64,000 nt of DNA from a virus, in the IMG/VR virus record IMGVR_UViG_3300045988_089680, positions 1 to 64,000 of that record; one strand, given 5' to 3'. The notes beneath the pieces were generated by a model that was not told the origin of the DNA, ran no database searches, and saw only the letters and a program-made list of their open reading frames with translations. This document shows, one piece after another, positions 47,328 to 55,845 of this stretch. Position numbers and translations under genes: made by a program. Position 1 is the stretch's first letter. Every line of letters starts with the position of its first letter.

Positions 47328-47553
47328 AGCAACAACAAAGCTTAACAATACTTGGAACAAATGTACGAACGGAATAGACAAAGAAGACCTTTCCGCTGAT
47401 GTATACAACTGTGCTTGCGAAATCGACGAAGCAATAATAGCACTTGTTGAAAAAATAGGTAATTGCACCAAGGCGATTACTATCAGTAAAATGTATGGAA
47501 AATCACCTCTTGCAGAAAGTCATAAAACAATCATAGCAAGAGATAATATATAG
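47305..47553 (+). CDS. hypothetical protein
   Basis: 82-aa ORF. Confidence 0.4.
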   Translation: MDINVMIEATTKLNNTWNKCTNGIDKEDLSADVYNCACEIDEAIIALVEKIGNCTKAITISKMYGKSPLAESHKTIIARDNI

Positions 47554-47557
47554 TTAA

Positions 47558-47596
47558 AGGAGACAAGTTGTTTAGTACAATTTGTCTCCTTTTTTA
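47558..47596. terminator. bidirectional hairpin terminator between convergent genes
   Basis: aggagacaa/ttgtctcct stem followed by TTTTT. Confidence 0.6.
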
Positions 47597-47737
47597 TATA
47601 TTAATATTGAGTTAATGAATAGTTAAATCCTTTGTCTTAGCTGTTCTAAGCTTGTATAAAATCCCCATCATATACATATACACATTTTAGAAAATATACG
47701 TTTACATAGAAAAACTACATTTAGACCAAACGCTATC

Positions 47738-48991
47738 CTATTTATCCTCGTTTATATCAAGTATATAATCTATTACCTTACGATTTGCATCGTCTATTTT
47801 TTTTCGATTAAAATTGATATACACTTGTGTAACAGCAGCTCCTGTCGAATAAGAATGTCCAAGAGCACGACTTATAACATCTTCTGGTATATCAAGTTCG
47901 CTTGCCAATGTAGCCCATGTATGCCTTGCCCAGTATGATGATAGACGAGGGAACAAAGGTGTGTACTCCTTGATGAATTTATGGCGATGCGTTTTTGAAA
48001 ATTTCGGGTTTTGAATTATAACGCATTTCCCTACTCTTTTAAGCTGATAGTCAAAACTACCTATAAAAGATTGTGTAGTCTTATATCTTTCTAAGATGTC
48101 TAGTAAGTACTCGTTGCCTTTGTATCGATTTATTATCTCAAGTGCTTCTGGTTCTACTTTTATAGAATACAACTTTTTGGTCTTCCGGCGTCTGTAGTTA
48201 ATTCTACCTTGACTATCTATTTCTCTCAATTCGCACAAATCAGCAATGTTAATGCCAATTAGATATATACATAACTTAAATAAGTCTATAGTTCGCTGTA
48301 GATGAGGATCGGCTACTGCAAACAATGACCTAACCTCATCTAAAGTTAAAGAGCGTTTTACTGTCTGTTCCGTTTTAATCTTAAACACACGAAAAGGATA
48401 ATTCTGAGTAATCTCGTTATCTAAAGCATCATTGAAAACAGCTCTAATACTACGAAAATGCATGTTACGTCCATTTATAGTAGGAGAATACCTCCGTAGG
48501 AAAATGTCAAATCCGGTAAGCCAGTCTTTTGTTATGTTTTCAAATGTTTTTGACTTAATATGATTGTCATACTCTAACATCTTCTTTGCTGTTAATAAAT
48601 ATATCTTTTTTGTTCGCATTGCAGAACGAGAGTTCGCAAAAGAAAGAAAACGATTATAGAAACTGTTAGACGCAGCAACAGCAGGATCCAGCATTTCTTG
48701 CACTTTATTTTTTATTTGTGTTGCTGTCAGTTTTGTTAATTTTCCATCCTTGGTTAAATCCATGATTATATTAGACACTTTATTGCGTAGAGTGTCTATA
48801 TAACTTTGAAGAGCTTTCTTATTAGGATGGTCTTTAATACGTTCTTTTTCTGCATCCCATTGAGTGGGATATATTCTCACATTCAAAGATATATAAGCAG
48901 AAGACCCCTTCTTATTTATGCCGATTTTAAGAGGAGCTTCTTCACCACGCTTTACTGAACGCTTATCTAAATATAAATGTACTGTTGCCAT
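47738..48991 (-). CDS. int: tyrosine recombinase/integrase (Bacteroidota Arm-domain type)
   Basis: 417 aa. The N-terminal Arm-type beta domain reads VHLYLDKRS...PLKIGINKKG. The C-terminal catalytic motifs are ARHTWAT, LGHS and VYI. Confidence 0.85.
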   Translation of the reverse strand: MATVHLYLDKRSVKRGEEAPLKIGINKKGSSAYISLNVRIYPTQWDAEKERIKDHPNKKALQSYIDTLRNKVSNIIMDLTKDGKLTKLTATQIKNKVQEMLDPAVAASNSFYNRFLSFANSRSAMRTKKIYLLTAKKMLEYDNHIKSKTFENITKDWLTGFDIFLRRYSPTINGRNMHFRSIRAVFNDALDNEITQNYPFRVFKIKTEQTVKRSLTLDEVRSLFAVADPHLQRTIDLFKLCIYLIGINIADLCELREIDSQGRINYRRRKTKKLYSIKVEPEALEIINRYKGNEYLLDILERYKTTQSFIGSFDYQLKRVGKCVIIQNPKFSKTHRHKFIKEYTPLFPRLSSYWARHTWATLASELDIPEDVISRALGHSYSTGAAVTQVYINFNRKKIDDANRKVIDYILDINEDK

Positions 48992-49009
48992 AGTTTATCG
49001 TGTAGAAAT

Positions 49010-49070
49010 ATTTGCGGTTTATTTGCGGTTTATTTGCGGTTTATTTGTGGTTTATTTGCGGTTTATTTTA
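49010..49070. repeat. 11-bp tandem repeat (tatttgcggtt x5 plus a partial unit)
   Basis: Located directly upstream of the int start codon. Further atttgcggt-like copies lie at 49283-49307. Confidence 0.85.
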
Positions 49071-49323
49071 CCCACATTTACTCAAAAATAATTAAGAATA
49101 ATGTCTTTATATGCCTGTGGCGGCCAAGCCTATCTGTCTGACTTTCAAGCTATAACTCTTGCCTCTATCCGATTCTATCTTCAACGTGCTATGTGCCTCT
49201 ATAATAGGTTTTATGCATTGTATGGGAGTATAAATTTTTGAACCAAGTAACTGATATTCACCACTTTACAAAAGATTACCATTGCAATTGCGGTGTATTT
49301 GCGGTTTTTTCGTGTTTGGCACC

Positions 49324-50319
49324 TTATAATGATGCTGCCATTTTGAAAGCTGATATAATACGAGCCCTCATATTGTATAGAGAATCTATATTGTCAATCT
49401 GTATCCATTCGTTGGTCTTGTAGGAATCAACAGGGAAGCAAATCTTAATAGAAGAACTACGCTTCGACTTTACTCGAATAATCCATCTCCAGACAGAACC
49501 ACCTTGGTTGACAGTAAAATATGACTTGAACTTCTTGTATTGTATTTCTGAGCATTTATCTTTCAGAACATCTTTTACAATCTCGTATGCTCTTAACTCA
49601 ATTCTGTTTATTATAGGAGTCTCGTCAGTTTGAGGAGGTGTAGGTATAAAATCATTCATTAATGACTTTATTGTACTTTTGTAAACAGAATGTAAAGATT
49701 TATCATATCCTTCTCCGAGGGCAGACTTGGTCGCATATTCTACGAAATCATCACTCGGACACATTATGTTGTTATTGATAAAATCAGAAAGCATATGTCT
49801 TAGTCTTATCTCTGTGAACCTTTCTATTATTTTTAGCTCGTCTAAGCTGTTTTTAGAGAACAACCCTAATAATTCTATACCTACAGAATCACAATTGTTC
49901 ATATCGAAAATAAAGAACGGTTTAGCATCCATTAAGTTTGTCTTATCAAAATCAGCAAAGAACCAATACTCAATACCGTTAGTTAAAACTGCAAAACGTG
50001 CGTTAGTAGCTACATAATATTTAGATAGTTGTGGGACAAACGGGGCAAGTTCTTTTGAGCATTGCTTACATTCGACTATCATCACTGGCTCTTCGTCCTT
50101 GAAAATAGCATAATCCACCCTATCACCTTTGTTGGATATGTCGCATGGCATTTCTGGTACAACCTCCAAGGGATTGTACACATCATAGCCCAAAGACAGC
50201 AATAACGGCAACACAAAAGCGTTCTTTGTGGCTTCCTCCGTGCCGATATGGTCTTTCATCTTTTCTATCTTTGTTGATAGATTATCTAAATTTTCTGTTA
50301 AGTTCATTGCCCTATACAT
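49324..50319 (-). CDS. HsdR_N-like PD-(D/E)xK nuclease-domain protein with an unknown C-terminal half
   Basis: EEATKNAFVLPLLLSLGY...DRVDYAIF...IVECK...FAVLTNGIEYWFF matches the type I restriction R-subunit N-terminal (HSDR_N) module. Confidence 0.55.
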   Translation of the reverse strand: MYRAMNLTENLDNLSTKIEKMKDHIGTEEATKNAFVLPLLLSLGYDVYNPLEVVPEMPCDISNKGDRVDYAIFKDEEPVMIVECKQCSKELAPFVPQLSKYYVATNARFAVLTNGIEYWFFADFDKTNLMDAKPFFIFDMNNCDSVGIELLGLFSKNSLDELKIIERFTEIRLRHMLSDFINNNIMCPSDDFVEYATKSALGEGYDKSLHSVYKSTIKSLMNDFIPTPPQTDETPIINRIELRAYEIVKDVLKDKCSEIQYKKFKSYFTVNQGGSVWRWIIRVKSKRSSSIKICFPVDSYKTNEWIQIDNIDSLYNMRARIISAFKMAASL

Positions 50320-50405
50320 TATATATAATACAAGCGTAAAAGTTAAACAAAGTAAAAGATAAGAAATTTCTATCTATTCTATATAGATATTTAAGAAATT
50401 ATTAT

Positions 50406-50442
50406 TACCTTTGCAACGTAAAACTTAATATAACAATACAAA
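50406..50442 (+). promoter_or_regulatory. early promoter/operator, copy 1
   Basis: TAccTTTGcaacgtaaaacttaatataacaatacaaa is near-identical to 56351-56388. Confidence 0.5.
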
Positions 50443-50522
50443 GATATGCAAATATATTGTAATGTCGGTATTGTTTTTAGTTAAATGTACTAAGAGCAAT
50501 TAAAAACATAAAGAAAACGGAT

Positions 50523-50780
50523 ATGAGATGCACTAAGAGCAATGGGTCGTCTACTTCTATATTGAAGAGAACCGCAATTTATGGACTTTTAAACTTGTGG
50601 AAACAAGACATAGGTTGGAATAGAAAAACAAGAAAGGAGAAGAAAATCATCGTGTGGTTCATCCTTTCGTTTATAGTTATGGCTATAACGTTTGCAAGCA
50701 TTCTGACCCTTCCTGCTGTAGTCAACTTTCTTATGGCAAACAATGCAATGAATAGAAATAAAATAGAAGTGGAGGAATAG
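50523..50780 (+). CDS. hypothetical membrane protein
   Basis: 85 aa with one TM segment. Codons 2-7 are covered by the 20-mer gagatgcactaagagcaatg. Confidence 0.4.
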   Translation: MRCTKSNGSSTSILKRTAIYGLLNLWKQDIGWNRKTRKEKKIIVWFILSFIVMAITFASILTLPAVVNFLMANNAMNRNKIEVEE

Positions 50781-50782
50781 TC

Positions 50783-51058
50783 ATGGCAACATACATTAGT
50801 ACAAGCGGTTTTGAATTAGATGTATTTCCGAGCAATGGAGAGAAGTTTACTTTGGAAGAACTACAGAAACTCGTCAATGGATATATTGAAAGAATAGCAA
50901 TGCCGAACGGACAAGCTATGTATATCAATGAAGAAGGCAAACTAAATGATCTGCCATGGAACAGTAGAGCTACCACTATACTGAAATTACACGGACTCAT
51001 CCCAAATGACTATATAGTTGGTGACGTAGTAATACTATCTAACGAAGAGGAGGATTAA
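50783..51058 (+). CDS. DUF3846-like protein
   Basis: Motif YINEEGKLNDLPWNSRAT...IVGDVVIL. Confidence 0.35.
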   Translation: MATYISTSGFELDVFPSNGEKFTLEELQKLVNGYIERIAMPNGQAMYINEEGKLNDLPWNSRATTILKLHGLIPNDYIVGDVVILSNEEED

Positions 51059-51060
51059 GT

Positions 51061-51255
51061 ATGGCAAAATTCATAGAGTTAATCGACTATAGGGATGTTA
51101 AGCACTTTGTCAATATAGATAAGATAGAACAAGTGCTGAATGTTAAAGGTAATGAAACTCTAATATGTTTGCCGAATGACAGATTTATAGTCAGAAATTC
51201 ATTCGAAGACATCGTTAAGAACATAAACAAGAAAGGAGGTTTCCCATGGCTGTAA
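51061..51255 (+). CDS. hypothetical protein
   Basis: 64-aa ORF. Confidence 0.35.
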   Translation: MAKFIELIDYRDVKHFVNIDKIEQVLNVKGNETLICLPNDRFIVRNSFEDIVKNINKKGGFPWL

Positions 51256-51449
51256 CAAGCAACAAGCCAGAGGTTGTCGCAACTAGTAGATATAGCATCA
51301 ATGAAACTTGTGCTATCCTCGGCATAACACGTAAGACACTTGCCAAGTACACAACTGCAGGACAGATAGAGTGCGGTTTTAGGAAAGCCACCTTAAGAAA
51401 ATTTTATACTGGACTATCCATCTTGAAATTTTGGATGGCTGCTGTTTAG
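51246..51449 (+). CDS. HTH (excisionase/HTH_17-like) protein
   Basis: Motif YSINETCAILGITRKTLAKYTTAGQI. Confidence 0.45.
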   Translation: MAVTSNKPEVVATSRYSINETCAILGITRKTLAKYTTAGQIECGFRKATLRKFYTGLSILKFWMAAV

Positions 51450-51689
51450 ACACTGAACCACATTAATATGATAAATTCATAAAGAGTTTTATTTGATTTT
51501 GACACTCGGTGTCTGTGAAGACGGTACGAGTGTTCTATTGCTCCCAGGTAATCTTAGCGAAGAAACCTTGGGAGCAATTTTGATTTAAAGACGTTCTAAG
51601 CGAGTTTTAGATAATCCACTAATAACTACCACATCTGAAACTTTCAGATGAATAAAGATTGAAACAGTAATGTATAAGCATTATAACGC

Positions 51690-51986
51690 TTACTCAATAT
51701 TATCTGTTTCTTTTTGCGGTATAGCCGTGCAGACTAATTGGTTTGCTTTAATCAAATCTGAATGAAGTTCAAAAAGACCATCATCCATTCTACAATATAG
51801 AGAAGCTGCTACAACCTTGTTTTTCTTGTTTCGTCCTTGAATAGCATAAGCAATACCCATATTGTTTGTTCTTCCAAATGTCTCTGGAAGAAACACCCAA
51901 TCGGCTTCTACTCCATATTCTTTACATAGCTCAAGTACTCTTTTTCGAATGTCAATCAACGTTCGGCAGATAATTTTTGTTTTCAT
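51690..51986 (-). CDS. hypothetical protein co-transcribed with the XRE repressor
   Basis: 98-aa ORF, 41 nt downstream of the repressor gene on the minus strand. Confidence 0.45.
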   Translation of the reverse strand: MKTKIICRTLIDIRKRVLELCKEYGVEADWVFLPETFGRTNNMGIAYAIQGRNKKNKVVAASLYCRMDDGLFELHSDLIKANQLVCTAIPQKETDNIE

Positions 51987-52027
51987 ACACTAATATTTGA
52001 ATGTTCAACTATTCGATAAAACTGCAA

Positions 52028-52327
52028 TTATTTCAGCTTCGGTATAAGAGCTTCGAGGTCTTCTATAGAAGATGCGGAATACAGATTGTTACCTTTCTTT
52101 ATTAAAGCGGTGAAGTCAGAAGAACTGGATAGTAAGGGTTGAGCAATCTCGTCTTCAAAGAACTCGTTAATATTAGCACCAATTATATCGGCTATTTTCC
52201 GCAAGTAGCTAACTTGCGGATTTCCCTTGCATATTTGGTTCGCAAGAGACCCACGCAATATCCCCATTTCTTTAGCGACCGTAGCTAAATCATACCCATG
52301 TTTGCGTATAATCTTTGATATTTCCAT
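52028..52327 (-). CDS. XRE-family HTH repressor (CI-like)
   Basis: Motif DLATVAKEMGILRGSLANQICKGNPQVSYLRKIADIIGANINEFF. I chose the internal M (MEISK) as the start. Confidence 0.6.
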   Translation of the reverse strand: MEISKIIRKHGYDLATVAKEMGILRGSLANQICKGNPQVSYLRKIADIIGANINEFFEDEIAQPLLSSSSDFTALIKKGNNLYSASSIEDLEALIPKLK

Positions 52328-52571
52328 ATATAATCTATTTAAATGATGTTCTAACAATGCAAAGTTAACTATAAAACCCGAACAACCAAAACAATACACA
52401 AAAAATAACTTATACACGTTATAGGTTAGCAAAAGTTAATCTACGTAGATTATATATAAGGTAAAGTTAAATATCATTTATATAGAGTATATATATGACA
52501 AAATCTTTGCTCATATCATTTATTTAGATTATCTTTGCAATATCAAATAAAACAAATAAACAATATAAGAT

Positions 52572-52799
52572 ATGAAGAAGAATTTATCATACATCAAGAA
52601 GAACCTCAGCCAAACATTCGGCATCAAGTTCGACATTATTCCACAAGGAACAGTAGCAGCAATGGTTTACTTCAATGGTAACATTGATGAAGAACACCTC
52701 AATAGCGACATGCAAATCTACTGCGCTAAATTCGGCTATACTTGGACTGGTATTAAAAATGACGGTCACGATAAGTACTTCGCAATATTCACTTTTTAA
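52572..52799 (+). CDS. hypothetical protein
   Basis: 75-aa ORF downstream of a TAtcTTTG box (52530-52537). Confidence 0.4.
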   Translation: MKKNLSYIKKNLSQTFGIKFDIIPQGTVAAMVYFNGNIDEEHLNSDMQIYCAKFGYTWTGIKNDGHDKYFAIFTF

Positions 52800-52811
52800 A
52801 AGTTAGCAGAT

Positions 52812-53063
52812 ATGGGAACTATATTCACGCAAGTAAACAACGGAACGCTCAAAACCTACATACAAGGTAAATCAAGAGAGATATTCCGTAATTCAAGAGA
52901 CTTGATTGAAAGAGCCCAAGCAAAAGGTTTCAAGCTTACCCAAAGGAAAGCTGGTAATAGTGGTGTTGGTCTTACCTACGCTGGCAATGGCTACAAAGTT
53001 CTCATTCAAATCTGTTATACCGAACTTGAAGTAATGATGTTTAAGGCAAATCATAAAATCTAA
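52812..53063 (+). CDS. hypothetical protein
   Basis: 83-aa ORF. Confidence 0.4.
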   Translation: MGTIFTQVNNGTLKTYIQGKSREIFRNSRDLIERAQAKGFKLTQRKAGNSGVGLTYAGNGYKVLIQICYTELEVMMFKANHKI

Positions 53064-53067
53064 AGAT

Positions 53068-53403
53068 ATGAGTACTACAAGAAAGAATCAGTTGAAGAAG
53101 GTCATGCAACTCGCCTGGCAGTTCGTCAAGAAAAACGGCTACACTCTCTCGGTAGCCTTGAAGATAGCTTGGGCAAATATAAAACTCCACACTGCAATGC
53201 AGACACGAATCGTTAAGTTCTACTTTCAGAAGGTGGACGGAACAATCAGAGAAGCGTTCGGTACGCTTAAATCATCCATCCTCCCTCCAACCAAGGAGAG
53301 CGGACGAACACCGAACCCAACCTGCCAAGTCTACTACGACACAGAAAAAGAAGCATACAGAAGTTTTAAGAAAGCAAATCTCGTAAGAGTAGAGATGCAC
53401 TAA
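53068..53403 (+). CDS. DUF2693-like (SH3-like barrel) protein
   Basis: Motif VKFYFQKVDGTIREAFGTL...YYDTEKEAYRSF. Confidence 0.4.
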   Translation: MSTTRKNQLKKVMQLAWQFVKKNGYTLSVALKIAWANIKLHTAMQTRIVKFYFQKVDGTIREAFGTLKSSILPPTKESGRTPNPTCQVYYDTEKEAYRSFKKANLVRVEMH

Positions 53404-53535
53404 GAGCAATGAAATAAGAATAGAAAAAGAAAGTAAGAGGGTGCGAGCGAGCACACACTAAGAGCAATGAATTATAGATAGATAGTTAAGCAACGGTTCA
53501 CAAAAATAGAAGTTAAACCATAAATAGTAACAAAA

Positions 53536-53697
53536 ATGGAAAGAAAAGACAAAGAAAGCAAGATGAAGGATATTCATGCTGCAATCTGCATAGTGAACCA
53601 AATGTTAGAGTTTCTGCCGGACGATTACAAGAAGGACAGTGAAACCACACTCCCAATCTCAGTATTGGAAGATTACAAGAATATGTTGAACAAATAA
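53536..53697 (+). CDS. possible 53-aa protein (below the ORF-track cutoff)
   Basis: Hand translation begins MERKDKESKMKDIHAAICIVNQMLEFLPDDYKKDS... It ends 11 nt before the next ATG. Confidence 0.35.
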   Translation: MERKDKESKMKDIHAAICIVNQMLEFLPDDYKKDSETTLPISVLEDYKNMLNK

Positions 53698-53708
53698 AAT
53701 CAAGAACT

Positions 53709-54197
53709 ATGGAAGAAAAAGAAATCATGCTCACACCCTCAGTAAACAAGGACGGAATGACCTCACTCGAAATTGCAGAGGTCACGGGTAAAGAACACTA
53801 TCACGTTATGAGAGACATTCGCAGCCTTTTGGAACAAGGCGTATCACAATCCAACTTTGGTTTCTCATCGTATCAGCAACCGCAACCGAATGGTGGTTAC
53901 AAGGAAGTACCCATGTACAACCTCACTCCAAAAGGCTGCTTGATACTTGCAAGCGGTTATAACGCTGTTCTTCGAGAGAAGATGATCGACCGCTTGTTTG
54001 AGTTGGAAGCCAAGGAGCGACAGTTCAAGCCACTTTCGGCATACCCCATGCTCACCACAGAGCGCAAGAAAGCCGAGGAGTTAATGAGCAACACCTCTAT
54101 GGAAGTGTTGGAGGACGCATCACTACTCATAGAGAATCATATCTTGAGAAGGAAACTCCAAGAAGCTGGTATTGAGTATAAAGAACGTGTCTTTTAA
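53709..54197 (+). CDS. Rha-family phage regulatory protein
   Basis: MTSLEIAEVTGKEHYHVMRDIRSLL...VPMYNLTPKGCLILASGYN matches the Phage_pRha pattern. Confidence 0.65.
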   Translation: MEEKEIMLTPSVNKDGMTSLEIAEVTGKEHYHVMRDIRSLLEQGVSQSNFGFSSYQQPQPNGGYKEVPMYNLTPKGCLILASGYNAVLREKMIDRLFELEAKERQFKPLSAYPMLTTERKKAEELMSNTSMEVLEDASLLIENHILRRKLQEAGIEYKERVF

Positions 54198-54223
54198 GTC
54201 TAACCGCCTATAAATCAATATAT

Positions 54224-54535
54224 ATGAAAGGATTAATCCAGTCAATAGCGGATAACGCAAGACACAGATACGATTGTCTTGACGATAGCGAAATCATCGC
54301 TAATACACTTATCGACCTCAATGATGTCCTACAAGCCACACAAGGCTCATATAAGACGCAAACGCTGTCAAACCTACTATCATACTACCTCATTAGTTCA
54401 AGCGGTTCTAAGCGAGAAAAACAGGCTTTAGCGGAAGAAGTAGGCAAGATTATCTCCACCCTTGACGTTCTAAACAGCCGATCAGATGCACTCACATTAC
54501 TACAATGTGCGATAGACCAAGAGTTGAATAAGTAA
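54224..54535 (+). CDS. hypothetical protein
   Basis: 103-aa ORF. Confidence 0.4.
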   Translation: MKGLIQSIADNARHRYDCLDDSEIIANTLIDLNDVLQATQGSYKTQTLSNLLSYYLISSSGSKREKQALAEEVGKIISTLDVLNSRSDALTLLQCAIDQELNK

Positions 54536-54540
54536 GTAAA

Positions 54541-54575
54541 ATCCCTCTCCAACTTGTTATGGAGAGGGATTTTTG
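54541..54575 (+). terminator. intrinsic terminator
   Basis: Perfect 10-bp stem atccctctcc/ggagagggat followed by TTTT. Confidence 0.7.
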
Positions 54576-54610
54576 CGTTTAAACGAGCGCAAAACTGCGC
54601 TTATTGTCGG

Positions 54611-54915
54611 ATTTCCAAATGGGCACACAAAAGGCACACGCAAACAACTAAATATCAACGACTTACGTAAGGTCTGATTTTAAAATGGGCACACAAAGGG
54701 CACACGGTGGGCACGCCAAGGGCAAACCTAACACCTTAAATATCAATAACTTATAGAATATCAGATTTTAGAATGGGCACACCAACTTTAAAAAGTGGCA
54801 AGATTTTTAAGTCTCCCAAATTTCCAAATGGGCACACAAAGGGCACACGCAAACAACTAAATATCAACGACTTACGTAAGGTCTGATTTTAAAATGGGCA
54901 CACAAAGGGCACACG
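54611..54915. repeat. iteron array (putative replication origin): a 96-bp direct repeat (54611-54706 and 54820-54915) containing five AATGGGCACAC iterons
   Basis: The two 96-bp copies differ at one position. ATGGGCACAC occurs at about 54619, 54685, 54773, 54828 and 54894. Confidence 0.6.
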
Positions 54916-54926
54916 CCTTTCGCAGA

Positions 54927-55005
54927 CAATAATAATATAGAATATATATAGTTAATTATATATATTATTATATTATTTATTATTAGCTATTACGCGTGCG
55001 CGCGA
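54927..55005. other. AT-rich palindromic tract followed by a CG clamp (candidate DNA unwinding element)
   Basis: About 65 bp that are almost pure A/T and contain inverted aatatatata/tatatatatt, followed by acgcgtgcgcgcga. Confidence 0.5.
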
Positions 55006-55032
55006 GGTTTTGCCGACTTTTGATGCGACCTT

Positions 55033-55539
55033 TTACTTTGTCAAGTTGGTTGAAAGCGAAATAGAACAAAGACGACCATCATCATCTATAGAAGGGACTG
55101 TGACTATAGTTATAGAATTACCTGCATTAGTAACCTTCTCTATTGTTATGTAGGCCGAGTAAGGAGACTCTTTCCCATCATCAATAGGTTTGACTAAAAA
55201 GCGGTGAATTTCAGAAAAGCCTTTATCGGAAAAAACCTTGTCTTTGGTGTATGTGCAAGAAACAATCTTGTACTTCTCCTCGAACTCTCCACCTTTGTCT
55301 TTGTAAAAAAAGCCATTGGCAACGGTAAAAACATTATCCAACCATAACGTATTAGCGTCGCAGTCCATTCTGTCTTCGTGTTTAGACACAAAATCACATG
55401 CACCATATAGCCAATGAATTTGTTCGGTTGTGGTCTTAACAACCATGCTTAGGTTAGAAACAGCGATTTCCTTGCGTTCTAAGCCCTTACAAGTGATACT
55501 TACTAACAATACCACTATTAACGAAATAAAATGTCTCAT
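55033..55539 (-). CDS. putative lipoprotein (moron)
   Basis: The signal peptide MRHFISLIVVLLVSITC has a lipobox-like Cys17. Confidence 0.5.
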   Translation of the reverse strand: MRHFISLIVVLLVSITCKGLERKEIAVSNLSMVVKTTTEQIHWLYGACDFVSKHEDRMDCDANTLWLDNVFTVANGFFYKDKGGEFEEKYKIVSCTYTKDKVFSDKGFSEIHRFLVKPIDDGKESPYSAYITIEKVTNAGNSITIVTVPSIDDDGRLCSISLSTNLTK

Positions 55540-55826
55540 AGCTCAATACTTTTTGAATTAGTAAACATATTACCTACTCCTATCAATAACCAATTTGCAT
55601 TAACACCGTAATCTTGTACTAAATGAGATAGCCATTCGGGCTTTAAGAACCTTCGTTCAGGTTCTTTTTTTAGGGTACTAAGATTCCAGTAGTTAATGTT
55701 GTATCGGTCTGTAAAAGTCTTCATTCCTCTCAGCTCTCTTCTCATCTGCAACGTGTCGAGTGCAAGAAAAAAGCGTTTTGTGATAGCAATCCCTTCTGGG
55801 GTTATATTTATTCTCATACGAAACAA
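55536..55826 (-). CDS. HTH DNA-binding protein
   Basis: The C-terminal NANWLLIGVGNMF is a Bacteroidota phage-repressor-type ending. Confidence 0.45.
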   Translation of the reverse strand: MFRMRINITPEGIAITKRFFLALDTLQMRRELRGMKTFTDRYNINYWNLSTLKKEPERRFLKPEWLSHLVQDYGVNANWLLIGVGNMFTNSKSIEL

Positions 55827-55845
55827 TACTTGCCTTTAATGTAGA

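Noticed and set aside
49010-49070. Possible CRISPR array. I also considered this for 54611-54915.
   Set aside because: The 11-bp units are contiguous with no spacers. The 96-bp repeats at 54.6-54.9 kb occur only twice and contain iterons. No cas genes or CRISPR-like repeat structure are present.
52328-52432. N-terminal 35-aa extension of the XRE repressor ORF (track start at 52432).
   Set aside because: The extension is hydrophobic and of odd composition, and it overlaps the divergent promoter region. The HTH protein begins naturally at MEISK (52327).
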